Assembly: GCF_008831285.2 (NCBI RefSeq)
Contig: NC_045138.2
Coordinates: 36,952,001-37,016,000 of the forward strand
From: Nymphaea colorata
Lineage: Eukaryota
Direction of reading: 5' to 3'
Length of the DNA stretch: 64,000 nucleotides
Shown here one piece after another: positions 27,887 through 39,587 of this stretch. The notes under the pieces are model-generated. The model saw only the letters and a program-made list of their open reading frames with translations, was not told the origin of the DNA and ran no database searches. Every line of letters starts with the position of its first letter. Positions within the stretch are counted from its first letter, which is position 1. Both the position numbers and the translations under genes were made by a program.

Positions 27887-27917
<31 letters not shown>

Positions 27918-29870
27918 CTACCTTTTGTCAATATATCTTGTATGTTATGTTGTCAATGAAAAGAAAAATTCTTTGTTATTTTCACGATTTAAATTACTCC
28001 AGGAGTGTGGTATGGTTTGGGAAGGGATTTAAAGTGAGTTTTAAAACTTGGATTCATGTTCGCAGGGAATGCTATGCCTGACCTTGTCCGCTATCCTTAG
28101 GGGCACCAGGCCTCCGCCCTGTTCCGGTCAGCAACCATGCCAAGAGGCATCGACAGGGCAGCTATGGATCCTCTACTTCTCACTCCTCTTGACCTCCATA
28201 GGGTCGGGCGGGCTCAGGCCCTGCGTGGTAGCCTTCGGCGCCGACCAGCTTGACTTGAGCAAGTCCAAAAAGACCAAGGACAAGACCTCCAATTTCTTCA
28301 ACTGGTACTATTTCTGCATGGGTGTGGCCAGCTTGCTCGCCCTGACCCTTGTCGTCTACATTCAAGACAATGTGGGGTGGGGTTGGGGCCTGGGCGTGCC
28401 AACCATAGTCATGACCATTTCGGTGGTCGTCTTTCTTCTCGGCTACCCGCTCTATGTCTTCTACCGGCCCTCCGGCAGCCCGCTAACCCGGCTCACGCAA
28501 GTGGTTGTCGCGGCGATCAGGAAGAGAAGTGCGATCAGACCAAATGACGGCAATGAGTTGTATCAGAACAGGGAGATGGATGCTTCAATCTCGATCACAG
28601 GGAGGCTTCTTCACTCGGACCAGTACAAGTGAGCACTAGCTTCTTTTCTACATGGTTTTGACCATCATTTTAGATCATGCAGGGACCTCATGTTAGAACA
28701 TGGCTATGCCTACATGAATTAACACAAGATCACTAAAATGCCCTCCATCTCAATTAGATGAAAGCCAGAGACTATTTCTGATGACGCATTTGGAAGACAA
28801 TGAAGTATTTAATGAGCTTGGCATGAAGCATAATTTTGTCAAGAGAATAGATTATGAGTGTTAGAACCGTGTTCCAGCGGATGATCATATTGATAATACT
28901 CCTTTGGCATGTAAATTTTTTCAGGTGCCTTGACAGAGCTGCCATAATAACGGAACGCGACTTCACAGAAGGCGGCAACCCCAAGCCATGGCGACTCTCC
29001 ACCGTTCACCGTGTGGAAGAGCTAAAATCGATCATCCGGACGCTTCCAGTCTGGGCTGCCACTATCTTGCTGGTCACCGCCTCTTCTCACCAGAACACGT
29101 TTTCGATCCAACAGGCGCGAACCATGGACCGGCACCTGGTTGGGTCCTTCAAGATCCCTCCTGCCACCATGAACGTCTTCACAATCCTCTCCCTGCTAAT
29201 AACTCTTGCTCTCTACGACCACGTCATAGTTCCACTGAGGGAGAAGTACGCCAGCAAGCCTGTTAAGTGGTCGTACTTCCGGCGGATGGGCATCGGCATG
29301 GGGGTGTCCATTTTGAGTACGTTTGTGGCCGGATTCGTCGAAGTCAAGCGGAAAAATGCCGCAGCTCAGGCAGGGCTACTAAGCCAGCCCCGCACAACCA
29401 TACCAATCAGTGTTTTTTGGCTAATACCGCAGTACAGTCTTCATGGCATATCTGAAGCATTCACTCACGTAGGCCACCTTCAATTTCTCTACGACCAGTC
29501 GCCGGAAAGTATGCGAAGCTTCGGAATCGCGCTCTTTTGGATAGCAATCTCATTAGGAAATTACTTGAGCACACTAGTAGTATCACTGGTTCATAAGTAT
29601 ACTGGCAAGGAACACAATTGGCTGCCTAACCATAACCTCAATAAGGGCAGATTAGAGTACTACTATTGGTTCATAACAGGCCTCCAGATTGTGAATTTGG
29701 GGTACTACATAATTTGCACCTTGTTCTATACATATAAGCCCTTGGAGGTGGCACCTCTGGAAAACCAGGCCAATGGTGTGGATGGTAATGGACATGTTGA
29801 GCTAGCTGCAAGCGGCGTGAATGAGCGGGAGATCAGGGACCCAGAGGTGGGTGCGGCACGGTCTGTGTAA
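24431..29870 (+). CDS. NPF3: NRT1/PTR family (NPF) transporter, NPF3 subfamily (NPF3.1-like)
   Basis: Exons 24431 (or 24494)-24548, 24644-24861, 28066-28628 and 28925-29870, all GT-AG and phase-consistent. Motifs: GGLRTMPFIL, GFSSNMITYLT, IADSFAGRFWTI, GGLRPCVVAFGADQ, FFNWYYF, VVYIQDNVGWGWG, PSGSPLTR, VHRVEELKSIIR, QQARTMDRHL, FLYDQSPESMRS, LNKGRLEYYYW. Confidence 0.93.
26834..26883. repeat. Compound (CT)n(AT)n microsatellite in NPF intron 2
   Basis: Read directly. A second (AT)n tract lies at about 26749-26771. Confidence 0.85.
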
Positions 29871-32800
29871 GAAGCACATTTGATCTGGATGATGTTGTAT
29901 GGAACATGTACAGATTGCAGAGCTCGATCATGTCGGATGCTGACTCCATTGTAACAGCTGAGGCTAATCAAAGGACCTGTACAAGCACGACGATGTGCAA
30001 ATGAGAGCTAAATACGTTCCAAAATCCAAGGAGAGGGAACGCTTATGAATTTTGTTCTACTTGGTAGACTGAGTCTTTATATGCTTTCCTTTGTTTTTTA
30101 GACTACGAGAGGAAAAGAAATCCAAAATTCTGAATCCTTGGTAGTTAATGTCGTATGTAGTTACAGGTAAGAAAAGGAGCGCCAAAGTTTGATCAATATG
30201 ATTGAGTTCAGATATGTCTTCTTCTTCAGGATCAATTAGTTCAGTGCAAAGAGGGACTTTGTTTGACATTTCCTTCCGGACTGGCTTGGATTACGGTCGA
30301 TTTGAATCAGTTCTCACGTTTACGGGCAGGAAGACTGGTCTCTGCTTTTCTCCTTTCGGCTTTGGAATTTGAACAGACGTGTGATTTCAATAACCTTCAC
30401 AAATCTGAACCAAATCCAGCCCAGTTTACGCCCTTTGCACGTAGCATTTGCCTTAAAAACGCAATTTATCCCGGCCCCCTTGCCTCCACCACTGCTAATA
30501 ATTCACAATTCAAAAAAACATGTAATTAATTGATGATTCCATTGACTCGTCAAATCCTGACTGGTGACTTAGCAAATTGATGATCCTATAACTAAGTCGT
30601 TTATCTCGCAATTCAGATCGATGAGTTTGCCAACTATTACTAAATTATATGTTTTGAAATGCTAAAAACTCAAATTTTTTATTAAATAACTATTTAATGC
30701 ACGTAGATAGATAAGCATTAGAAATATGAAATGTTCAAGAAATTGAGTCATCCAATCGCTCGAGGTTTCACAAAGGGACCGATGTTTTGTAAAGGTCTCG
30801 GCCTTCGGAAAAATCTCTCGTACCATTTCGAGTCTAGTTGAGATAATTGGGTTTCGGATACGGAAGGAGATGCATGTGAGCAGGGTCCCCCGACTGGTAA
30901 TGAGGAATTCCCTCCACCGCACAAAGTTATTACGGTAAGAAAATCACCACTACTCTGTTCATGTACTAGACCTTCACCGCCGAACTAGGTAACTTTATGA
31001 TCTTACAGTGTATGGCATCCTCCATTTTGTATGATGTTTAATTAATTTCTGGTAACGTATAGGAAAATGGTATTATGTTTAAGAGCTGACTTTTAGATGT
31101 AATCTATCCGTTTTGTTGGACTTGTTATTATTTTCCTTTCTCTCTTCCTGTCTCTCATACACATGCAGACACGCACAGATCGGTTTAATCTATTATCTAA
31201 TTCTCAAGATTTCTAAGGAATGACAAAGGTCATTGTAACGTAAGACCTTTCTTTTCCTAATGCATCGGAATCTTTCAAAGGAAAGATCTTCGACATTGAA
31301 GGATGCAAGGCAATAGCTAATACATTTGGGAACCTTTTGAGCCATAATTCTTTTAAGTTGTTTCTTCTGCCTTCCCAACTCCTCTGGCTCGGAGATCCTA
31401 TAGTTTCTTCTCAACCAGCTGCAGCTCGTTTTCTATGTCGAGATCAGAGTCTCCGTTTCATGTTTCCCCTATCTGGATCGGTGGTTTCTCCAGAATCAAG
31501 TCGGTGTTAGATCTATGCTGAAATTAAGGCAAGTCAAACACGTTGGACATTTGCAGTGTAGAAACTCAACTAGCTATTTATGTTTTCTTGAGGGCGGGCA
31601 AACAACACCCATAATCAGTCAGTTATGATTGGCAGACGATCCGGAGTCCTCTTTGAATTTAATGATGGATATGGAAACTTTGATCCTTCTCAAAGACGAT
31701 GTTTTAGATTCTGTCATAGTTTGGCAGACGAACCATTCGTTGGCAGGTCGAATTAGAAAAGAGTAAGGGGAACAATGGAACCTGTGGAGATGTGAGGAAC
31801 ATCTGCAGTTTGTGGCACTGGTGGTAAAGGCCATCAGCTCCCAAGGCATTGACGTTCAAAGCTATGCATACCTGCACCCCGAAGCAAAATCTAATTAATA
31901 AAGAAAACGTAGCTTCACATACATCACCGTCTGATCAATCCTAGATATTAACCCCATAGATTCCATCATATTTTGATCATGTAAGCTGGTGCAATCCAAA
32001 TAAGAAAACGCATATAACATCTCTTTAAATTTTACATGAGATTGTAAAAGAACTGAACTTTCAACAAACGACAAAGCTGGAAGATTGGCCTACATTTTAC
32101 ATACGTGTACCTTCCATCACATTATTGTGGTATATTCCAAACTTTTCACAGGGGTCTAGCACACTCTTCCAACTCCCCAATCAAATCTTGGCTCCTCCAT
32201 TTCACAACTGGAAATCCATAAAAGAAACAATGTGAATCCATCATCATAAACCTCAAAAATATGTCCACGAGGAGAATGACATGCAAATAGGTGAAACCAG
32301 AAAATATATGTAGATTGTAAGAGGACGTGATGAATGAAGACTCCATGCCCAGTCGAAGGGGAACCTGCTAATTTGCAGTTCTCTCATCTTTGCATCCTTA
32401 ACCTTTCTCTTAATTACCTTTAAACCAAAAGAATGAATATACAATAATATATATATATATATATTACCGACGCACACAGACACGTGAAACCACAACTCAG
32501 GGTTGACATGCTGACCACTTGGATGCGACGCTGCTGCATAGATACTCAATCAAGCAACCTACAAGCTTATGCAATGCATCATATGCAGTTCAAAGACTAT
32601 ATCAAGAACAGATCCATGAACTTGATCAGATTTTTTTTATCAGAGAAGCAAGCAAAGACATAGAAAAATGAAAACCAAGCAACGAAATCAACAAAGCTCC
32701 TAAACAGCCCATGCCACGATGAAAGCAAAAACTAAACACGACAAGCACTATGCTGGAAAACCGCTAAAACAGAAAATAAAATAAAAATATTCAACTACTA

Positions 32801-34637
32801 TAAATCAAAAACAAACTATTGCCCAACTCAACAAAACTAAAATAATCTAACTAAACTAGAATATGATCCTACCGAAAACTAATCAAGCCAACAACCTTAG
32901 CATAAACTGGTCATGTACAACACCTAACTAAGACATCTAAGCAACTAACATGACACAAAAAGAAACTGAGTACTTGCATGGTAAAAAACCATGAAGGACC
33001 CGACCCCATAGTCAAAGCAACGGCATGGGTGGATAGTTTGTGACGATAAAGAAGACCTCCAACCTTGGCTTGACCTTTTTGTTACTGACAAAAGCATATG
33101 ACAGCCAAGGGGAAGAAGAGTGAAGAGACGAGTGGGGTAGATGAGAAGAAGATTGATCCACAATTGGAGATGGGTTAGGGTAGAGATATGAGACTTTCCA
33201 TTCCTTTTTGCCTAAGAACACTATACTCCGTAAGACCACTTATTGCAAAGAGGCCAAGATAAAGATTAGATGAAACTTGCAACTTGGATGGATAAAACTT
33301 TTCAAAAATGTCATGAAAAGAGATAAGAGGTCTTCCATGATAGCCTCGGCCCTACGCCTGGGTTATTTCGTTGAAAAAACAGGAGAGATCCAATTCATGA
33401 AGCAGGTTAAGCTTGTGTCCAAAAGAACCATTAATTACAATGATCGGTGCTTAACATTTCGAGCCGTTTACGTCCACAACGAGACTGTGCCTAAAATGTA
33501 CACAGCAGCCAGCACCATCCAAGCAGAGGAAATAGAAACAGAAATACCTTGAAGGAAAAAGGGAAATATTCTCAAAGAGAAACAGAAATGCACCTAACGC
33601 ATTTTTTTGCGTTATTTTAATACTCGGATTGGACTGGAAGGCTGCTTCTTATTCTCTTTCTTTACAACAACCACCGGAGTGTGATGACTTAGGTCGCGTT
33701 AAATTTTTTCTCCTTTGTATTATGATTTTCATGGGGGGTGGCGAAAGTGCCAAAAGCAAGGGGCCAGAGACAGTCGGATGGGAATGGAGCAAGGACTACA
33801 TCTTCTAAATCCTATCAAATTATTCGATTGGTGTGAACGGAAGAAAAGAAAGTGGGGAGCGTGAAGATAACTTATTGATCTCATTCTGTCGATCAATCAA
33901 CTACTCATTTACTCGTCATCGATGTCATGATCTTTTGGTAAATCCATTATCATGGAGAAATTTGCATTTTCTATTGATCTTTTTCATCGCATGAGTGTGG
34001 TGTTTAAAAACTGATGACCAAGAACTCTCTCTCGTAAGTAGTCAAGTCTCTTAAAACCGTATTCATTCCAGGGCAAATGATTCACGTATTTATTTTAGGA
34101 AATGAACCACGCTATCCCATTTAAAACTTTCATATTTGCCCAGAAATGTGAAGAACGAACTTGCATGTTTTGTTTCAGTAACCATGGTTTAGCTTAAAAC
34201 AATGGAATTTTAGAATCAAAAGGCTCAATTTTAAGAAAATGGAATTATTAAACCAAAGGGGTATTTTTGTTTTCAGAATTAGGAAACTAAAACATGAAAT
34301 GAAGGGAAATTATCAAACGCTGACGCATCTATGCCACCAAAAAGAAGAAGAAGAAGAAGAAGAAGAAATAATGGGATCTTTCCCCCTCTCTCAGATCAGA
34401 TATGTATGGGGGCACATCTCTTGTTGGATTGTTACGAGCTTCATTCTCCTCATCGCCTTGAGTGTTGGGAAAAGTAAGAAGGATAGTGATTTAATGCATT
34501 ACACTTGAAAACAACATATTCGTTGAAGGTTGCTGCATCATTGCCGATATCACCCACTGACTTTGAACTGGACATACAGGGACGCTTTGCAGAAAGGAAA
34601 ATAGATAATGGCCAATTATTGAGTCTATGTGACTGTG

Positions 34638-35648
34638 TCAGCGTCGCTCCTCGATGAATCTTGTGATCGCTTCTATGAATTTCTCGGTTTCCTGAGCAAC
34701 ACGCGGGTCCGTGTCCACGGCGATCCTGTTCAGGTAAAAGCAGTGGCCCACACCGAAATTCATGAGCACCTCCACCTTCTGCCCTGCCTTCTTCATGGCC
34801 TCTATGTACTCCAGCTCCGTGTCCCGGATCAGGTCATTGTCGGCCACCGGTACCAGGAAATCCGGCAACTTCAGGGTGTTCAGCGGCCGCGCCGCCTCCC
34901 CCATCGGACACGTAAAGGGATGATCCTTGGTGCTGCCGATTGGGAGCGCAAAGCCCAGGAACTTGTCCACCATTTCCAGTGTCAGGAAGGCCGAGTCCGA
35001 CTGCAGGCTGAGCTCCGACTTGCTCCGAGTCGAGCGGACGAATCCAGGGTGGATTGGAATCCCTCCCCGCAACACCAGGGGGGAAATGTCCTCTTCCCCT
35101 GCACGCGCCGCCACGGCGTGCACGAGATTGCCGCCGGAGCTGTCCCCGATGAGGAACACTCTCCCGAAGTCGGCCCGTGACTCGAGCCACGGCTCGGACA
35201 CCTCGGCCCGCGCCACGGACCGGAGCCACATAAGGCTCGCGTACGCGTCGTTCAGCGCGGCCGGGTGCCGGTTCTCCGGCGCGAGCCTCAGCCAAGGGGA
35301 GACGCAGACGGCTCCAGCTTTCTTGACCAGGCTCGAGTAGAAGGCATAGTAGAAGTTCATGTCCGGCCGGCTGACGCAGAACCCACCACCCTGGAAGTGC
35401 AAAAGGATGGGGAGCTTTCCCGACTCCGGTGCGTCTTCCGGCAAGTATATCCGCGCCAAGGCGCCGGAGTCCGGGTCGATAACCACGTCGCGGATGGAGA
35501 CGCCATCATCTGGCTTGTTCGAGGGGGTCACCGGATCCAGCAGGTAAGAAACCTCTTTTGGGCCGGTCCAGGTTCGGTCCACCGTGCCGTCGGCGAATAC
35601 CCGGAGCCAGCCGGAGACCTCATCAACAACTTCGTTTGCGGCATCCAT
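34638..35648 (-). CDS. Plant carboxylesterase (CXE, alpha/beta hydrolase, HSL/GID1-related; CXE15-like)
   Basis: Intronless ORF from ATG 35648 (MDAANEVVDEVSGWLRVFADGTVDRTW). It has LHFQGGGF, RLAPENRHPAA, the nucleophile motif GDSSGGN, an acidic residue in DNDLIRD and the catalytic His in GHCFY. Confidence 0.93.
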   Translation of the reverse strand: MDAANEVVDEVSGWLRVFADGTVDRTWTGPKEVSYLLDPVTPSNKPDDGVSIRDVVIDPDSGALARIYLPEDAPESGKLPILLHFQGGGFCVSRPDMNFYYAFYSSLVKKAGAVCVSPWLRLAPENRHPAALNDAYASLMWLRSVARAEVSEPWLESRADFGRVFLIGDSSGGNLVHAVAARAGEEDISPLVLRGGIPIHPGFVRSTRSKSELSLQSDSAFLTLEMVDKFLGFALPIGSTKDHPFTCPMGEAARPLNTLKLPDFLVPVADNDLIRDTELEYIEAMKKAGQKVEVLMNFGVGHCFYLNRIAVDTDPRVAQETEKFIEAITRFIEERR

Positions 35649-35715
35649 GATTTCCGGTCTCCTGCCCAGTAGACGTACGTTCAATTGAAGTAACAGACGC
35701 GGAGCACCGCTCGCA

Positions 35716-35721
35716 TTTATA
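35716..35721 (-). promoter_or_regulatory. TATA box of the CXE gene
   Basis: cTATAAAt on the minus strand, about 70 nt upstream of ATG 35648. Confidence 0.55.
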
Positions 35722-38700
35722 GAAAAAAAAAAACTTGTGCTCCCAAGGAGAGTGGAGACTGGAGTAGGTGCGGGGTGGCGCCGTGGTGGGCAGGAGGAAG
35801 AAGCGGGGAGACTTCCTTCCTGTCAACAACTTGTGAAAGAAGGCACCGTGGTGGAACAGGATCAGTCAACTAAGTCTCTCCTAACGGTCAAAACAAGAGA
35901 GAAAATTTTCCCCAGGAGGACAGCTTTGTTTTGTTATTCCATGAATAAGGCTTCACCATCCTTGGTACCATCAAACAAGCCGGCGGATTAAAACTCCCCG
36001 TCTTTTAACCCATTTTTAAAACCGAGTATACTTTTGAAACTTGGTTTTGTTTAGATAACATAGATGAGTTTTGGGGGCAAAATTTTTTTTTTTGGAAAAA
36101 AAAAAACCTGTTGGAGAAGGGGAGTGGATTTCAGGCTCCTTTGAACAATGAGTTTTGCCAAAACCTAATGATAAACCCAGTTTTAATGTCACTCAAGCAC
36201 TGCAAAACGACATTTTAAGCCGTCACCCGAACAGCCTCTGCCAAGCTTTAATAAGATGAAGATCTTCAACCTAATGCCCTTCACATTTTCATTTTGCCTC
36301 CGGTTCACCGTACATGGTATGAGTTGACTCTTAATAAGAAGTATGCAACATCGATGTTCAACGTTCGGAGGTAAGGCCAAAAAGATTGTCCTTCAAGTAG
36401 TGCCTGATAGAAAATGTTAGAATTTAAATGAGAAATTTCTATTAGTTGCCGTGTTTTTTACACTTAATGATGCACGGTTTTGGATTTTGGATACAATTCA
36501 GCTGCTAAAATATCGAGTATCGATTGTCTGTAACCAGTTAAGTTACATGTCATGTACTTTCCATAGGGGGTGGGAAATGAAAAATTTATAAAAAAGAAAA
36601 GGCATATATAACGAAGTTAATCACATCTTCAGAGCTTTATTTTTTTTCATTTTATCGACTTATATTATCTAACTCGGGCAGCTACACATAGCATATAATC
36701 TCTTGGTTTGGTAGCATATTCAAACAAAAGCGTGTTTTTGCTATTCTTTCCAAAGTTTGGCATTTTGTTTGTGAAGCTTTCAATAGGAAGTCACGGAAAT
36801 CGACAAAGCCTACCATTTCATGGGAACAAGCATTGAAAGGAAAGAACAAGTCCCTGTTAACTTTGGTTGGTGAACTTGCAGCATCCTTCCCTGCTAAAGT
36901 TTTGGAGCTAGAGCTTCCTGCTACTAAAATATTAAGTAATGGGATTTCATTTGCCGCCTTTAAAAAAAAAATTCTTTAAAAAAAAAAATCTCTTTTTATT
37001 CCCTCCTATGTCATGTACGTTGGTGCATGGAACCAACATGAAGGTACAGTGACTAGTTATAGACACCAACACAACTTTAAACCCTAGAAAAGAAGGAAGG
37101 AAAGAGCTTCGGCTTTCAACCAAGTAGTGAGTTAAGCTTTTATTCACCGGATGACAAGTTATTACCATACAAATCTCCGAATTGGTGCCAAAACTTCGAA
37201 TTTTTAACCTGAACTCAAAAGCCAGTAGTTGGCTGGTCATTATTATTGCAGCCTCGTACAAATTCTCTAACATGCTTGCGTCAATGGTATGTTAAAAAGA
37301 TTCAAGAGGAAGCAACAAGAATGTCGTTTAACCCAAAAAATAATATATTGGTTTGGTAAAACTCAAGAAAATCCTTATATTTTTTATTCCTAAGCGATCC
37401 ATGACAACCATTAACCTATTTTTGGCTTGTCGGGCGGAATCTCGTCACTGGTTTGCCTTGTCTCTATCTGAAATCCTCACATTACAAATTCTTGAAAGCT
37501 CCAGCCATAAGGATGTAGTTAATCACGCAAGCAACTTCTCACGGACGATGGTGGCTTCGTCAACTTCAACTCTTGCTGTCCGGTCCTGGTCAAGGACGTC
37601 GCCCGTATTTTTTATATTGATTATGCATGGGTGAGACGTAATGCGTTTGGCTTCGTCCACCGCGACTCTTGACTCCACGGTCACGGCCAAGAAAGTTGCC
37701 ACTATTTATTGCTGTCACATGTGAATGATTAGACGCGAAGACCATGTCCTTCTGCCTTTCTAAAATCTCACTTTTCTATAAATAAAACTTTGACAGGTAC
37801 ACCCACTGTGCCCGGACCACCACTTTCTATCCTCATCCTGGCGGGGAAGGAGGTTTTTTAAAGTCAATTTCAAATTAGATTGGATTTGATAGAATCTACC
37901 ACATCTTAGCGTTAAATTAAAAAGTGGATGTGAAAAAAAAAAAAAAGTAAACAATTGAGATAGAAGAGATTATTATTGTTGGGGAGTATGGAGAGGGGAT
38001 ATCCCGAACAAGCGAAGCCCCTGTTCTTTCCTTCTGCATTCAAGATTTAGGGCTGCTTCATGCATGGGTCAGACACGTTCTTTTCCCATTATTTCTGGCC
38101 GACTCACGATTGGGTCCAATGAAAAGAGAAAAAGCAAGCTCTCTTTTTCATCGATTGTTGGAGGATGGCGACAAGACAATCCTGCCATGTTTGAATGGCT
38201 GGTGGATTCTCCGGCACCGTTACGTTTACCTTATATTATGGAACCCACGAGCCTGGACATGTCGCATACAATGGCAGGTCACCCAGCGAGTGGCACCTTC
38301 TTTCTTCTTCTGTTCATGAAAGATACTGATCCCATGATTCACATGATACCATTTTTGTTAGTAAATTGGTTCCAGTTGAGGTTTGTTGTGAAGTTTTCAC
38401 TCGGAAATTTTTCTTCAAATTTCTTCTCTTATCGCCTCTTCTCCGCTAAGGCTTTTCTTGCCTTCTCTTTTTTCTTAACCACTTAAAAAGTGTGCGAACA
38501 AAATAGAAGTTTTTCTTGAAGATATTATAGATGATTCATCTTCACCGTCATCAAATTCTCCCATAATTTTGAGATACTGGTGGACAGTTCTTCAACGCGT
38601 GTGTGTGCGTGTCGAACCAACAGCTAGCAGGATTTTGTCCTCCGGCATGTGACAAGTCTTTTTACCGGAAGTCGTTTCCTAGCTAAGGGGCAGATGCACT

Positions 38701-39587
38701 GTAAAAGCATAAGTACCAGCTACATGCAAAAGTATCCTTGGCAGCATAACGCCTTCTTCAAATTCTACTTCGTAGGTGCAGCTTACCTGCTTGCTTGATT
38801 TCACATTAACCAACTCCTGTAATGTCACTTTTTCCTAAAAAAAGTATTCTTTCTTCTGCCGGTTTTCTTCACTGTTGATGTTTGAGAGACTACGGTTTCC
38901 ATGTTTTTAAGTTTTCAATTGTTGCTTCTTACAATATATAAATATTAGTCTCTTCGGTGACATCCGACACCAAATGTAAATATTATCTCTACGATTGATA
39001 CTTAAATGGGGCTTGCTCCATGCTCATGGTCCGGTAGATAAAGCAGGCACTAGCCCCCAGGAACGTTCTAAGCATGACGTCATTCTAAGGGCTCCCCAAG
39101 CTTGCCTGCACGCGACTCTGAAGAAGTTCCAAAAGCTACTTGGTGAAAAACAAATATGTTTTTAAAGATTTTTAAATGTTAAAATAAAACCTTTTTTGTT
39201 CATTAAATGCACCGCTTTATAGTTTGATATTGTTAAAAAACGATCAGTTCGGTACACAATATACAAAAAACGCTCCATCTCCTTGAGAAACCATCCTACC
39301 CACTGTTCCTTCTTTCTCCAACCGCGAGAAAACCAAACAAGAAGGGATGGCTCCTCTTCTTCACCTCCATTGCTGCCTTTGCTTCTTCTCCTCTGCATGT
39401 TCAGTGCCCTCACCGCCCATGCCAGAGATAAGGGCATGGCCCTCTATTGAGGCTGGCACGTGAACAATATCTCCGCGGCGGGATTCGAGTGGCAAGCAAG
39501 ACCCGCCAGTTCGAGCAAGTGAACATAGCCTTCCTTACCGACTTTGGGTACGAGAAGCCGCCCAAGACGGACTTCGGCACCGGATGC

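Noticed and set aside
30057..33552. Short ORFs between the NPF and CXE genes
   Set aside because: No coherent exon chain or recognisable domain; likely intergenic or highly decayed repeats.
34629..35672. Several long antisense and alternate-frame ORFs overlapping the CXE gene
   Set aside because: Expected shadow ORFs of a GC-rich coding sequence; no recognisable motifs.
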